DNA of 64,000 bases from assembly GCA_963729555.1 (NCBI GenBank), contig CAVSOH010000010.1, forward strand, positions 1,860 through 65,859, written 5' to 3'. The notes beneath the pieces were generated by a model. The model did not search any database and had not been told where the DNA came from. It saw only the letters and a program-made list of their open reading frames with translations. This DNA comes from an uncultured Acidobacteriaceae bacterium. Its GTDB lineage: Bacteria; Acidobacteriota; Terriglobia; Terriglobales; Acidobacteriaceae. This document shows positions 41,455-52,347 of this stretch, piece by piece (positions within the stretch are counted from its first letter, which is position 1; each line of letters starts with the position of its first letter). The position numbers and the translations under genes were made by a program.

Positions 41455-42987
41455 GTGACCATCGCATCCCGCTCCCTTGCTACTTTCAGCCGCCTCCTGT
41501 TGGCATCCCTATTCACTCCAGCGCTCCTGCAAGCCCAGCAAATAGGTGCGCCCATCACCCCAGCCCCCGTTGATCCGGTCATCGCTCAGGCCCTGCAGCA
41601 GGTCTCTGCCGACCACATCCGCGCCACCATAGAAAAATTAGTCTCCTTCAATAACCGCAGCACCCTCTCCAGCATGGAGACCGATCTGCCAGCCAACACA
41701 GGAGTCAGCGCCGCCGCCGACTGGATCGAGTCCGAGTTCAAGCGCATCTCCGCCGACTGCAACAACTGCCTCGAAGTCAAACGCGACGACTTCATCGAGC
41801 CGCCCCAGTCCGGCCCCGCCTCGCGCATCCTCAAGCCCACCAAACTCACCAACGTCTACGCTATCCTGCGTGGCACCGATCCCGCACAAGCCAACCGCAA
41901 AGTCCTCGTCACCGGCCATTACGACTCCCGCAACTCCGATAACTTCAACACCCACGATGCCGCACCCGGCGCCAACGACGACGCCAGCGGCGTAGCCGTC
42001 TCCATCGAGTGCGCCCGCGTCCTCTCCAAACTTAAATTCCCAAGCAGCATCGTCTTCGTCGCCGTCGCCGGTGAGGAGCAGGGTCTCAACGGCAGCCGCC
42101 ACCTCGCCAAACTCGCCAGGTCCGAAGGCTGGCAGCTCGAAGCCGTCCTCAACAACGACATCGTTGGCGGCGACACCACCCCCGGCGAGACCATGCAGGA
42201 CAAGACCGCCGTCCGCGTCTTCTCTGAAGGTGTACCCGGCAACGCAACGATCGAGCAACTCCACGCCATCCAGACTCTGGGAGCCGAAAACGACTCTCCC
42301 TCCCGCGAACTTGCCCGTGTCGTCTCCGACATCGGCGCCACATACTTCACCGCCTCACCGCACCGCGTCGCCGAGGGTACGCCGGCGGGCCGCCCCCGCA
42401 GCAACCTCGTCCACCTCGAGCCCGCCTTCCACCCCGTGCTTATCTTCCGTCGCGACCGTTACCTCCGCGGCGGCGACCACACCAGTTTCAATCTCGAAGG
42501 CTTCCCCGCCGTCCGCTTTACCGAGTGGCGTGAGAACTTCAACCATCAGCACCAGAACGTCCGTGTCGAAAATGGCACCCAGTACGGCGACCTCCTCCAG
42601 TACGTCGACTTCAACTACGTCGCTAACGTGGCCCGCCTCAACGCCGCGACCCTTGCGACTCTCGCCTCAGCCCCCGGTTCTCCGCAAAACGTTCACGTCC
42701 TGACTGCTGCGCTCGACAACAATACCGAACTCACATGGACCGCCCCCGCCGGTATGCCCGCAGGTGCAACCTACGAGATCGTCTGGCGCAACACGGAAGA
42801 CCCCACCTGGACCATGTCGCTCAACGCCGGCTCTGCAACCAGCATCAAACTGCCTATCTCCAAAGACAACGTCGTCTTCGGAGTCCGTTCGGTCAGTCAG
42901 ACCGGCCACCGCAGCCTCGCTGTCCTCCCCACGCCCAGCCGTCCAACACGGGACTTCGCCCGGCCGCAGACACCGCCTAAGTCGTAG
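41455..42987 (+). CDS. M28 family metallopeptidase, secreted, with C-terminal Fn3-like domain
   Basis: GHYDSR, PGANDDASG, AGEEQG, NNDIVG, RGGDH, HQH. Confidence 0.9.
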   Translation: MTIASRSLATFSRLLLASLFTPALLQAQQIGAPITPAPVDPVIAQALQQVSADHIRATIEKLVSFNNRSTLSSMETDLPANTGVSAAADWIESEFKRISADCNNCLEVKRDDFIEPPQSGPASRILKPTKLTNVYAILRGTDPAQANRKVLVTGHYDSRNSDNFNTHDAAPGANDDASGVAVSIECARVLSKLKFPSSIVFVAVAGEEQGLNGSRHLAKLARSEGWQLEAVLNNDIVGGDTTPGETMQDKTAVRVFSEGVPGNATIEQLHAIQTLGAENDSPSRELARVVSDIGATYFTASPHRVAEGTPAGRPRSNLVHLEPAFHPVLIFRRDRYLRGGDHTSFNLEGFPAVRFTEWRENFNHQHQNVRVENGTQYGDLLQYVDFNYVANVARLNAATLATLASAPGSPQNVHVLTAALDNNTELTWTAPAGMPAGATYEIVWRNTEDPTWTMSLNAGSATSIKLPISKDNVVFGVRSVSQTGHRSLAVLPTPSRPTRDFARPQTPPKS

Positions 42988-43040
42988 CCGACCAAGCCAG
43001 GATCCATACAGCTATGGTGAAATAGAAGCGGAAGGAAACC

Positions 43041-43868
43041 ATGCCCCGTTCCGGTCCCATCACGATGGCACTGCCGCCCTTCGCGGGCACAGTGCGAAAG
43101 CTGATCTTCCTCAACGTCGGCGCCTTCTTCGCGCTAGCCATATTGTCCTGGCTTGCTCCACCAATCGCCGGATTTCTCCTCAGCCATCTCATCCTCGAAC
43201 CGCTGGCCGTGGTTCGAGGAGAGATCTGGCAGCTCTTCACCTACTCACTCGTGCAGCAGGGAATCCTCAGTGTTCTCTTCGGCATGCTCACCCTCTGGTT
43301 CACAGGCACGCTGCTCGAAGGAGCCTACGGCAGCCGCTGGCTCGCAGAGCTCTACTGGACCTCCGTCATCGGCGGAGCCATCATCGCCACCGCCATCACC
43401 TTCACCCATGTCTTCGGCTTGCGACCCGAAGTTGGCTCTGCGGGCGTCTGGGCTGGTGTCTTTGGCCTGCTCGTGGCCATTGCCATGCTCTTCGGCGACC
43501 AGGAATTCCTCCTCTGGTTCCTCATCCGCATCAAGGCGAAGTACCTCGTCGCCATCTACATCCTCATCGCCATCGCCGTCCTGCTCAAACAGGCCGACAG
43601 CTTCGGAGCCCTGCTGCAGCTTTCAGGCGCTCTCAGCGGCTATCTCTTCGTCAAGTTCGCGCCACGCCGAGGCATAGCCTTCGGTTTCAGCGAGCGCTTC
43701 TTCGGTCTGCGCAACGGCTACTACCGCTGGAAGCGCCGCCGCGCCGCCCGCAAGTTCGAGGTCTACATGCGCAAGCAAAACCGCGAAGTCCACTTCGACA
43801 AAGAAGGCCGCTACGTCGACCCCGACGAACTCCGCCGCGACCCCAAAGACAAACGCTGGATGAACTAG
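43041..43868 (+). CDS. Rhomboid-family membrane protein, probably catalytically inactive
   Basis: GEIWQLFTY, LEGAYG...FGLLVA...IKAKY; GxSG replaced by GVWAG and AHLGG by LQLSG. Confidence 0.82.
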   Translation: MPRSGPITMALPPFAGTVRKLIFLNVGAFFALAILSWLAPPIAGFLLSHLILEPLAVVRGEIWQLFTYSLVQQGILSVLFGMLTLWFTGTLLEGAYGSRWLAELYWTSVIGGAIIATAITFTHVFGLRPEVGSAGVWAGVFGLLVAIAMLFGDQEFLLWFLIRIKAKYLVAIYILIAIAVLLKQADSFGALLQLSGALSGYLFVKFAPRRGIAFGFSERFFGLRNGYYRWKRRRAARKFEVYMRKQNREVHFDKEGRYVDPDELRRDPKDKRWMN

Positions 43869-43902
43869 CGGATTCTCGCCTTTGCCGTTGGTCTTCTTGG
43901 TT

Positions 43903-43990
43903 GTCATCCCGTAGGGATCTGCTTTTGCCTTTGTTCGTCGTTCTGACCCTGAGCGAAGCCGAAGGGGAAGAACCCCCGCATTTCGCTTTT
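43903..43990 (+). repeat. REP-like repeat family A tandem: short form plus copy 3
   Basis: GTCATCCCGTAGGGATCTGC (43903-43922) followed by CGTCGTTCTGACCCTGAGCGAAGCCGAAGGGGAAGAACCCCCGCATTT (43936-43983). Confidence 0.85.
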
Positions 43991-44066
43991 GCTCTTGACC
44001 GTTCTCCACTCGCGATGAGCGTTTAGCTATATCTATTGCCGCAGTCCCATCGCGCTACGGCAATCG

Positions 44067-45911
<1,845 letters not shown>

Positions 45912-45993
45912 TGTCGCTTCCTTACTGATGATTTCGGCAGCGGAACTCAGCTCACCGTATCTTTGGTATCTATCGATTCAAACCCGATGCGGT

Positions 45994-47286
45994 TTACTGG
46001 CGCAAAGCAGCCGCCAACTCAGCCCGCGGAACCTTCGTCTGCTCTCCCGCCGCAAAGTCCTTCACGGTCAGAATACCGGACGAAACCTCATCCTCGCCGA
46101 CAATCACCATCCGTCGCGCCAGTTTATCCGCCGCTTCAAACGACTTCTTCAGCCGGAAACTCCCGTCGCCAACCTCAATCGACAACCCAGCCCCACGAAG
46201 CTCCCTCGCCAAAACCAGAGCCGCAGCATTCTGAGCCACGCCCATCGGAGCAATAAACGCATCCAGCTTCTTCGTCTCAGCCTCGGCAGCCTGAGCCTGC
46301 AGCGTCAAAATCAACCTGTCCTCGCCAATCGCAAACCCAATCCCCGGAGCCTTCGGCCCGCCAAGCATCTCGCTCAGCCCGTCATACCGCCCACCGCCCA
46401 GCAGAGCATTCTGCGTCCCTAGCCCACTGCCATCGGGAACCGTAAACTCAAACGTTGTCCGCGTGTAGTAGTCCAGCCCCCTCACCAGCCTCGGCTCGAC
46501 GACATACTCCACCCTGCAAGCATCCAGAGCGGCCTTCACCTGCGCAAAGTGCTCCCGCGAAGCGTCATCCAGATAATCCGCAATCTTCGGCAGCCCGTCG
46601 ATGATCTCCTGATCGCCCGGATCCTTCGAATCCAGCACACGCAACGGATTCGTCTCCGCCCGCCGCTGATTGTCTTCGCACATCAGATGCTTCACCGGAG
46701 CCAGCGCATCCCGCAACGCCACGCTATACCGTGCCCGATCCGTCGCCGACCCCACAGAGTTCAACGCCAGCCGCCAGCCCTTCACACCCAACTCATCCAG
46801 CAGAGTCGCCAGCATCTCCAGCACCTCGGCATCCCGCAGCGCACTCTCCGAACCCGACCATGCCGGCCCCATCACCTCCGCGCCAATCTGCCAGAACTGC
46901 CTGTACCGCCCCCGCTGCGGCCGCTCCCGCCGAAACTGCGGGCCAATATAGAAGAGCTTCTGCAGCATCCCCGCATCGCCCATCTTGTGCTCGATATAAG
47001 CCCGCACCACGCCCGCAGTATTCTCAGGCCGCAGCGTCAGGCTCTGTCCTTTATCACTATCGGCGCGCCCGCGGTCCTCCCACGTGTACATCTCTTTCGA
47101 GACGATATCCGTCTCCTCGCCCACGCCCCGCGCAAACAGCTCCGTCGCCTCAAACACCGGCGTCCGAATCTCTCCAAACCCATATCGAGCAAACACCGCC
47201 CTCGCGGTAGTCTCCACCCGGTTCCACAACTCCGTCTCGGGCGGCAAAAGATCGCGCGTCCCGCGTACTGCCTTCAAAATAGCCAT
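45994..47286 (-). CDS. hisS: Histidyl-tRNA synthetase
   Basis: RGTRDLLP, LRPENTAG, FRRERPQRGRYRQF, LVRGLDYY, GGGRYDGL, GEDRL. Confidence 0.97.
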   Translation of the reverse strand: MAILKAVRGTRDLLPPETELWNRVETTARAVFARYGFGEIRTPVFEATELFARGVGEETDIVSKEMYTWEDRGRADSDKGQSLTLRPENTAGVVRAYIEHKMGDAGMLQKLFYIGPQFRRERPQRGRYRQFWQIGAEVMGPAWSGSESALRDAEVLEMLATLLDELGVKGWRLALNSVGSATDRARYSVALRDALAPVKHLMCEDNQRRAETNPLRVLDSKDPGDQEIIDGLPKIADYLDDASREHFAQVKAALDACRVEYVVEPRLVRGLDYYTRTTFEFTVPDGSGLGTQNALLGGGRYDGLSEMLGGPKAPGIGFAIGEDRLILTLQAQAAEAETKKLDAFIAPMGVAQNAAALVLARELRGAGLSIEVGDGSFRLKKSFEAADKLARRMVIVGEDEVSSGILTVKDFAAGEQTKVPRAELAAALRQ

Positions 47287-47312
47287 TTCCTCAAGTGTAA
47301 CGAATCCGCCAC

Positions 47313-47831
47313 CTAAGCCCGGGTCTCTTTAAGGTAGATCGCCGTGTAATCCAGATAATTCTGCGCATACATCAGAATCATCTTCCGGTCCTCATCCCCC
47401 AGCGTCTTCTTCACCTTCCCCGGCACCCCCGCCACCAGCGAGTTCGGCGGAATCACCGTCTGCTCCGGAATCACCGCACCCGCCGCAATAATCGACCCCT
47501 CACCGATCCGCGCATTATTCAGAATCGTCGCCCCAATCCCCACCAGCACGGCATCCTCCAGCACACACCCATGAACCGTGGCATTATGGCCAATCGTCAC
47601 CATCTCGCCCACGATCACCGGATACAGATACCGCATCCCATGCAGCACCGCGCAGTCCTGCACATTGCTTCTCGCGCCAATCCGGATCGCGTTCACGTCG
47701 CCCCGGATCACGGCGTTCATCCACACGCTGGCCTGATCACCCAGAATCACATCCCCGATCACCTGCGCCGAGGCATCCACATAGCAGCTCGCCGGCACCA
47801 CCGGCGTAACACCCTGATAACTCCGAATCAT
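47313..47831 (-). CDS. Gamma carbonic anhydrase family protein
   Basis: VIGDVILG...AVIRGDVNAIRIGARSNVQD..VLH...TIGHNATVHGC hexapeptide repeats. Confidence 0.92.
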   Translation of the reverse strand: MIRSYQGVTPVVPASCYVDASAQVIGDVILGDQASVWMNAVIRGDVNAIRIGARSNVQDCAVLHGMRYLYPVIVGEMVTIGHNATVHGCVLEDAVLVGIGATILNNARIGEGSIIAAGAVIPEQTVIPPNSLVAGVPGKVKKTLGDEDRKMILMYAQNYLDYTAIYLKETRA

Positions 47832-48036
47832 GCAGGCGATTTTACGCCCCCGAACCCATCTCGCCTTCGCCTCTATCCCATGAAAATCCCTCTGCGCCAC
47901 ATCAAAAATGCTAGGCAACTCAGGTTCCAGACCGTTAAAAATCGTTTTAGGTTACTAACATTCCATTTTATTTTTTCCACAATCGAGCGTATTCTTGTAT
48001 TTATCCCGATCAGGGAGTGGTTGGAGGTGTATTTCC

Positions 48037-48234
48037 GTGGCAGAGGTTCGAGTTCAAGAAGGCGAACCCCTTGAAAATGCCCTGCGGCGCTTTAAGCGCA
48101 AGGTGCAGACCGAAGACATTATCAAGGAAGTAAAGCGCCACTCTTTTTACCTGAAGCCAGGTGAGAAGAAGCGCGTGAAAGAAGCGCTCGCTCGTAAGCG
48201 CAATCGCAAGAAGGTACGCAAGGAACAGGACTAA
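48037..48234 (+). CDS. rpsU: 30S ribosomal protein S21
   Basis: GTG start after GGAGGT; LENALRRFKRKV...FYLKPGEKKR. Confidence 0.95.
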   Translation: MAEVRVQEGEPLENALRRFKRKVQTEDIIKEVKRHSFYLKPGEKKRVKEALARKRNRKKVRKEQD

Positions 48235-48511
48235 TCGGTTCCTTGAACTAAGGCAGGCCGTCTCCTATCTCGCATGAGAGACGGTCGCCTCAATCCGCCA
48301 GCGCAAGGACTCCCGCCTCGCGACTGGCCCCGGCAGCAGACCTGACGACCGGCCCGGCTGTACGGCTAACCTGAAGTTTTTGTCCCCGCAACATTTGCGA
48401 CCCCGGGCCCCTGTAGCTCCGCAGTAACGACCAGCTAGGCTGACTTTTCGGCGGACCCCATCTCGATTCCGGCTCACCGATAAGTCACCGCGCAAAACGG
48501 GAGAAGCGGCT

Positions 48512-48913
48512 ATGGAATTTGTGGATAGGCTATTAACCTGTGCAGATTGCGGTGGAGAGTTTATCTTCACCGCCGGCGAACAACTCTTCTTTTTCGATAA
48601 ACAATTCAAGAACGACCCCAAGCGCTGCAAACCGTGCAAGTCCAAACGAGCCGGTGCAAGCATGCGTCCTGGCGCGGGTCCGGCTGCAGCTGGCCTCTCC
48701 CGTACCGAGACTCGCACCCACTGTTCCGAGTGCGGCATCGAGACCACCGTACCCTTCAAACCAACGCAGGGGCGTCCCGTCCTCTGCCGCCAGTGCTTCC
48801 AGAGCAAACGCGCTCCGGCTGTCGCTGCCGCAACCGCTGAACTGGTCGCCGCGGATCGAGCCCCGGTCAGTTCGGAATTGATCGCCGCAGCCGCCCAGGC
48901 CCCGCAGGCCTAG
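48512..48913 (+). CDS. Zinc-ribbon protein with CxxC-x17-CxxC domain
   Basis: LTCADCGGEFIFTAGEQ.FF...PKRCKPC and CSECG...VPFKP...RPVLCRQCF. Confidence 0.9.
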   Translation: MEFVDRLLTCADCGGEFIFTAGEQLFFFDKQFKNDPKRCKPCKSKRAGASMRPGAGPAAAGLSRTETRTHCSECGIETTVPFKPTQGRPVLCRQCFQSKRAPAVAAATAELVAADRAPVSSELIAAAAQAPQA

Positions 48914-49021
48914 CGGCTCCGCTCGGCTCTCTTCGCTCACATTACGATGTGAGTGGGGAGAGCCCTATGCATCAGGCGTCAACCTGCAAACACGGTGTAA
49001 GGGATGTCTGATCTTGAAGAT

Positions 49022-49039
49022 GTCATCCCACAGGGGATC
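49022..49039 (+). repeat. REP-like repeat family A, short form
   Basis: GTCATCCCACAGGGGATC resembles 43903-43922. Confidence 0.45.
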
Positions 49040-49108
49040 AACTACTCAAACTGCGGGAAAAGCCTGCATTTTAAAGGGCGCGGCTTCATAGGCTGCGAAG
49101 AGTTCCAT

Positions 49109-49181
49109 GTTTTGAGATGGCGCGGCTTCAGCCGCGCCGCAAAGGGGAATCAAATCAGTTCGACTTTAGTCCCTGAGGGAA
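49109..49181 (-). repeat. Hairpin repeat family B, copy 1
   Basis: Reverse complement TTCCCTCAGGGACTAAAG...GCGGCGCGGCTGAAGCCGCGCCATCTCAAAAC; matches 52180-52251. Confidence 0.8.
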
Positions 49182-49319
49182 TCTCTCCCTGTCGAATCGG
49201 ACATTTCCACCTCCTAACCCTGACTCCCTGTCCCGCAAAAATCCTGTCAAGCCCCCAAATAGCGAATCCCCGCGCCAATCAAGGAGATTCGCGTTGCGTA
49301 GTAATTCCACTCCATCCGC

Positions 49320-49380
49320 TATAATGGTTATAGAGATAGAACAAAGCCCTGGCCAAACCACCAGGGCTTTCCCATTTTTC
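49320..49380 (+). ncRNA. Candidate short sRNA (about 50 nt)
   Basis: TATAAT at 49320-49325, then AAAGCCCTGG-ccaaacca-CCAGGGCTTT followed by CCCATTTTT; no ORF. Confidence 0.3.
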
Positions 49381-49533
49381 TCGCTTCAAATCAGTTAGAT
49401 CGGTTGTTAAGCCTTTAGAATGGCGATTTTACCCGTAACCCATTTGTTTGGACGATCTTAGCGCCATACAATTTTGTATCTATATGAAAACATACCACTT
49501 GTAAATCGATCCCCCCAGGGGGGAGGGGTATCG

Positions 49534-49563
49534 TTGACCAGTGAGCACGAATCAAGGTACACT
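49534..49563 (+). promoter_or_regulatory. Sigma-70 promoter of rplU-rpmA
   Basis: TTGACC-N18-TACACT. Confidence 0.6.
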
Positions 49564-49574
49564 CATTAAGTTTG

Positions 49575-49706
49575 GCGCTGCAGCCCGTTTGTCTCAACGT
49601 CAGGGACGAGCAGGAAGAAGTCGGCCTCGGTTCAGCCCAGTTGACCTGACGCAGTGCTCCTGTATGCGCCCCATGCAGCACAATTCATGAAGGAAGCGGT
49701 CAGCGC
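49575..49706 (+). promoter_or_regulatory. Structured 5' leader of rplU (candidate r-protein leader)
   Basis: Pairings 49575-80/49701-06, 49585-90/49694-99, 49598-604/49645-51, 49661-66/49672-77. Confidence 0.5.
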
Positions 49707-49733
49707 TCCGCGCCACGCTTGAGGTTTTTCGTT

Positions 49734-50057
49734 ATGTACGCAGTCATCCGCACCGGCGGCAAACAGTACCTGGTCTCCCCAGGCGAAAAGTTGAAGATTG
49801 AGACCACTGCCCACCAGAACGGCGCAGTCGAGTTCTCCGATGTCCTCGCCGTCAGCGCAGAAGAGGGCAAGTTCGAGTCCAACCTCACCGGCGCCAAGGT
49901 GACCGGCTCTGTCATCGGCGAAGGCCGTGGCGACAAGATCCTCGTCTTCAAGCTGAAGCGCAAGAAGCAGTACAAGAAGATGCAGGGCCACCGCCAGAAC
50001 TTCGTTGAGGTTCAGATCAACGAGATCGTGGTCAACGGCAAGAGCTTCAAGGCATAG
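49734..50057 (+). CDS. rplU: 50S ribosomal protein L21
   Basis: MYAVIRTGGKQYLV...KILVFKLKRKKQY...GHRQ. Confidence 0.97.
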   Translation: MYAVIRTGGKQYLVSPGEKLKIETTAHQNGAVEFSDVLAVSAEEGKFESNLTGAKVTGSVIGEGRGDKILVFKLKRKKQYKKMQGHRQNFVEVQINEIVVNGKSFKA

Positions 50058-50145
50058 AAGCTTTCAGCAAAGTTTTAGTCTTTAGTTCCAGATTTTCAGA
50101 TTTCAAGCGCAGCGGCCTTGAAGCCGGCGCGAAAGAGGCAACGGA

Positions 50146-50409
50146 ATGGCACATAAAAAAGGTTTAGGTTCTTCTAAAAACGGTCGCGACTCAAACGCAC
50201 AGCGGCTCGGCGTCAAGGTCTTCGGTGGCCAGACGATCCTCGGCGGCGGCATTATCGTCCGTCAGCGCGGTACACCGCTCAAGCCCGGCGCCAACGTCGG
50301 CCGTGGCTCGGACGACACCCTCTTCGCGAAGGTCGACGGCAAAGTCCGCTTCCAGGACCGTGGCCAGCACGGACGCTTCGTCAACGTCGACCCTGTCGTC
50401 AACGCTTAA
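50146..50409 (+). CDS. rpmA: 50S ribosomal protein L27
   Basis: [24 protein letters not shown]. Confidence 0.98.
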   Translation: MAHKKGLGSSKNGRDSNAQRLGVKVFGGQTILGGGIIVRQRGTPLKPGANVGRGSDDTLFAKVDGKVRFQDRGQHGRFVNVDPVVNA

Positions 50410-50432
50410 GTTTTCCCTGTACCGCTAATAGG

Positions 50433-50464
50433 AGCCCTGCCTCGGCAGGGCTTTTCTGTTTTTG
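50433..50464 (+). terminator. Intrinsic terminator of rplU-rpmA
   Basis: AGCCCTGC-CTCG-GCAGGGCT followed by TTTCTGTTTTT. Confidence 0.85.
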
Positions 50465-50597
50465 CTTTCGGGTATGGCGGATTTTTTCTGGTATTTTTTT
50501 CTGCCGCTTTCGGGATCAGGTGCAGGGCTTCCACCCTACGAAAAGGCGCGTTTTTCATGGGGGTTTTGAAGGAACGTGCGTGTAAGAGGTGGTGATT

Positions 50598-50696
50598 TGT
50601 GGTTACTTAGCGGTGCAAAGCGTGGCAAATCTGGTTAGCGGATGGCGCTTTTTGGAGTTCGAAAAACATGTCACGTTTTTGAAATATTTCTGTGGA
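50598..50696 (-). repeat. Intergenic repeat family C, copy 2
   Basis: Reverse complement shares two conserved blocks with 40466-40575. Confidence 0.75.
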
Positions 50697-50705
50697 AATC
50701 CGATT

Positions 50706-52043
50706 TCAGTGAGAGCCCAGAGGCGCTTCCCTTCGGAGGGTAGCCGACTGAAAAAGATACACGCCCAGCACAGTCAGCAGCGGCTCCAGTGGATGACGGA
50801 AACGCGCCAGCGAGTACACCATGTAATAGGGAATCGGCACCAGCAGAAGCGCCCAGAAAAAAAGCCACGCTCCCGGGACTTTGCGATGGAGCGCAAGCGC
50901 AAGCCCGAGCAGCCCGGCAAAGCTGATGAAGCTGTAATTGAGCATGCGCGGGATTTCAACGGCCCAGGGCACATCGGAAGGCGTCCCCACCCAGAAGAAG
51001 TAAATACGTTTCAAAGTAATCGCGACAAAATGCAATGGATGCGCGTGGACATACGCCTTGGCCAGGGCGCCGCGATGGGCGACATAGGAAACCTCGCCCA
51101 TCGCGACGTACTGTCGAAGCTGTTCGATGGCGACATTCGGATGATCGAACGTCAGCACAAATCCATTTGACCCCGGCCCGTTGCCAAGAAAGTATTCAAC
51201 GCCAAAGTTCCCGCGAATCGGAATGAAGGCATGAAAGACCAGCCAGTTCCGCACCATCCACGGAGTGAGAAAGGCAATAAAGACAAGTCCTGCGAGCACG
51301 GCATTGCGAAAAGCATGCGGACGCTTCCACGTCCCAATCAACACCCACAAACCGCACGCAGGCAAAAAGAGAGTGAGAGTCGATGTAGAGAGAGCAATCA
51401 CTCCCCACATCAACCCAAACAGCAACCAGAGCATCGTCTGCCGCGACGAAGCCTCAATCCTGGAGCTGTCGTCCGAACCAACGCCACGCATCCTGAGGGC
51501 CAGCACGATCACCCACGCGAACAGCGCCGTGCTGATCGACATCTCCCAAAGCCAGCGCACAGAATACTGCATCGCCGCTGGATGTAGCGCCCACAACCAA
51601 CCAGACCACACTGCAACGCGACGGTTGAAGCAGCGCGCTGCAATCTCCCACGTAGCCAGCGCAGTGGCCGCCGAGAAGGCACAGTTGATCGCCAGCAGCA
51701 CCCACGCAGAAGCAGCCGTATAAACGCCAAACACTTTGAAGACCGCCGCAATCAGCAGCGGATACACCGGCGGAACCCAGGCCGTCGGCCCGGTACGTCC
51801 AAGACTCTCAATGGCAAAGGGATTGCCGTAACCATAACCAGTAGCAAGTGACCTGCCGATGCGCCCAGCCTCCCACGCAAACTGGAAATGATCCTCGCCA
51901 GACCGGATCCGGAACGTGTGTGCGAGCGTCATGTAGAGCAGCCGAACCAGAAAAGCGACCCAGAAGAGGCGCCACGGAGCAGGCAGGCCGCGTTCGTCCG
52001 CGGTATCTCGTGCATCCATCCAACTCCAAAGCTTCTTTAACAT
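50706..52043 (-). CDS. GT-C (ArnT/PMT-like) glycosyltransferase membrane protein
   Basis: WEAGRIGRSLATGYGY...PTAWVPPVYP; multiple TM helices; LTPWMVRN; RFRHPLEP. Confidence 0.78.
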   Translation of the reverse strand: MLKKLWSWMDARDTADERGLPAPWRLFWVAFLVRLLYMTLAHTFRIRSGEDHFQFAWEAGRIGRSLATGYGYGNPFAIESLGRTGPTAWVPPVYPLLIAAVFKVFGVYTAASAWVLLAINCAFSAATALATWEIAARCFNRRVAVWSGWLWALHPAAMQYSVRWLWEMSISTALFAWVIVLALRMRGVGSDDSSRIEASSRQTMLWLLFGLMWGVIALSTSTLTLFLPACGLWVLIGTWKRPHAFRNAVLAGLVFIAFLTPWMVRNWLVFHAFIPIRGNFGVEYFLGNGPGSNGFVLTFDHPNVAIEQLRQYVAMGEVSYVAHRGALAKAYVHAHPLHFVAITLKRIYFFWVGTPSDVPWAVEIPRMLNYSFISFAGLLGLALALHRKVPGAWLFFWALLLVPIPYYMVYSLARFRHPLEPLLTVLGVYLFQSATLRREAPLGSH

Positions 52044-52125
52044 TGGATTGATTCTAGCCGTCGATTCGCCTGAAGGAAGCTCTGAACAAGTCTGATAACT
52101 CGAGAATTCCTGACAAAAAAGAGAG

Positions 52126-52251
52126 TTCCCTCAGGGGCTAAAGAGGGTGCCGAAAAAGTCGGATCGCGGCGCGGAAAGATTCCCTCAGGGGCTAAAGCCC
52201 CGTTGAAATTGAGCTAATTGCGGCGTGGCTAAAGCCACGCCCTTTCAAAAC
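52126..52251 (+). repeat. Hairpin repeat family B, copy 2 plus a duplicated 18-mer
   Basis: TTCCCTCAGGGGCTAAAG at 52126-52143 and 52180-52197; GCGGCGTGGCTAAAGCCACGCCCTTTCAAAAC at 52220-52251. Confidence 0.8.
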
Positions 52252-52347
52252 GGCTTGGTTCGGAACTTATTCAGAGTGTCCTTAAGACAGGATGGTTTGC
52301 GACAATGGAAGAACCGATCGAAAAATTACTGAAGGAAATGGTGAAGG

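Noticed and set aside
49575-49706. 6S RNA
   Set aside because: Too short (about 130 nt), branched rather than a long rod with a central bubble, and positioned as the rplU 5' UTR.
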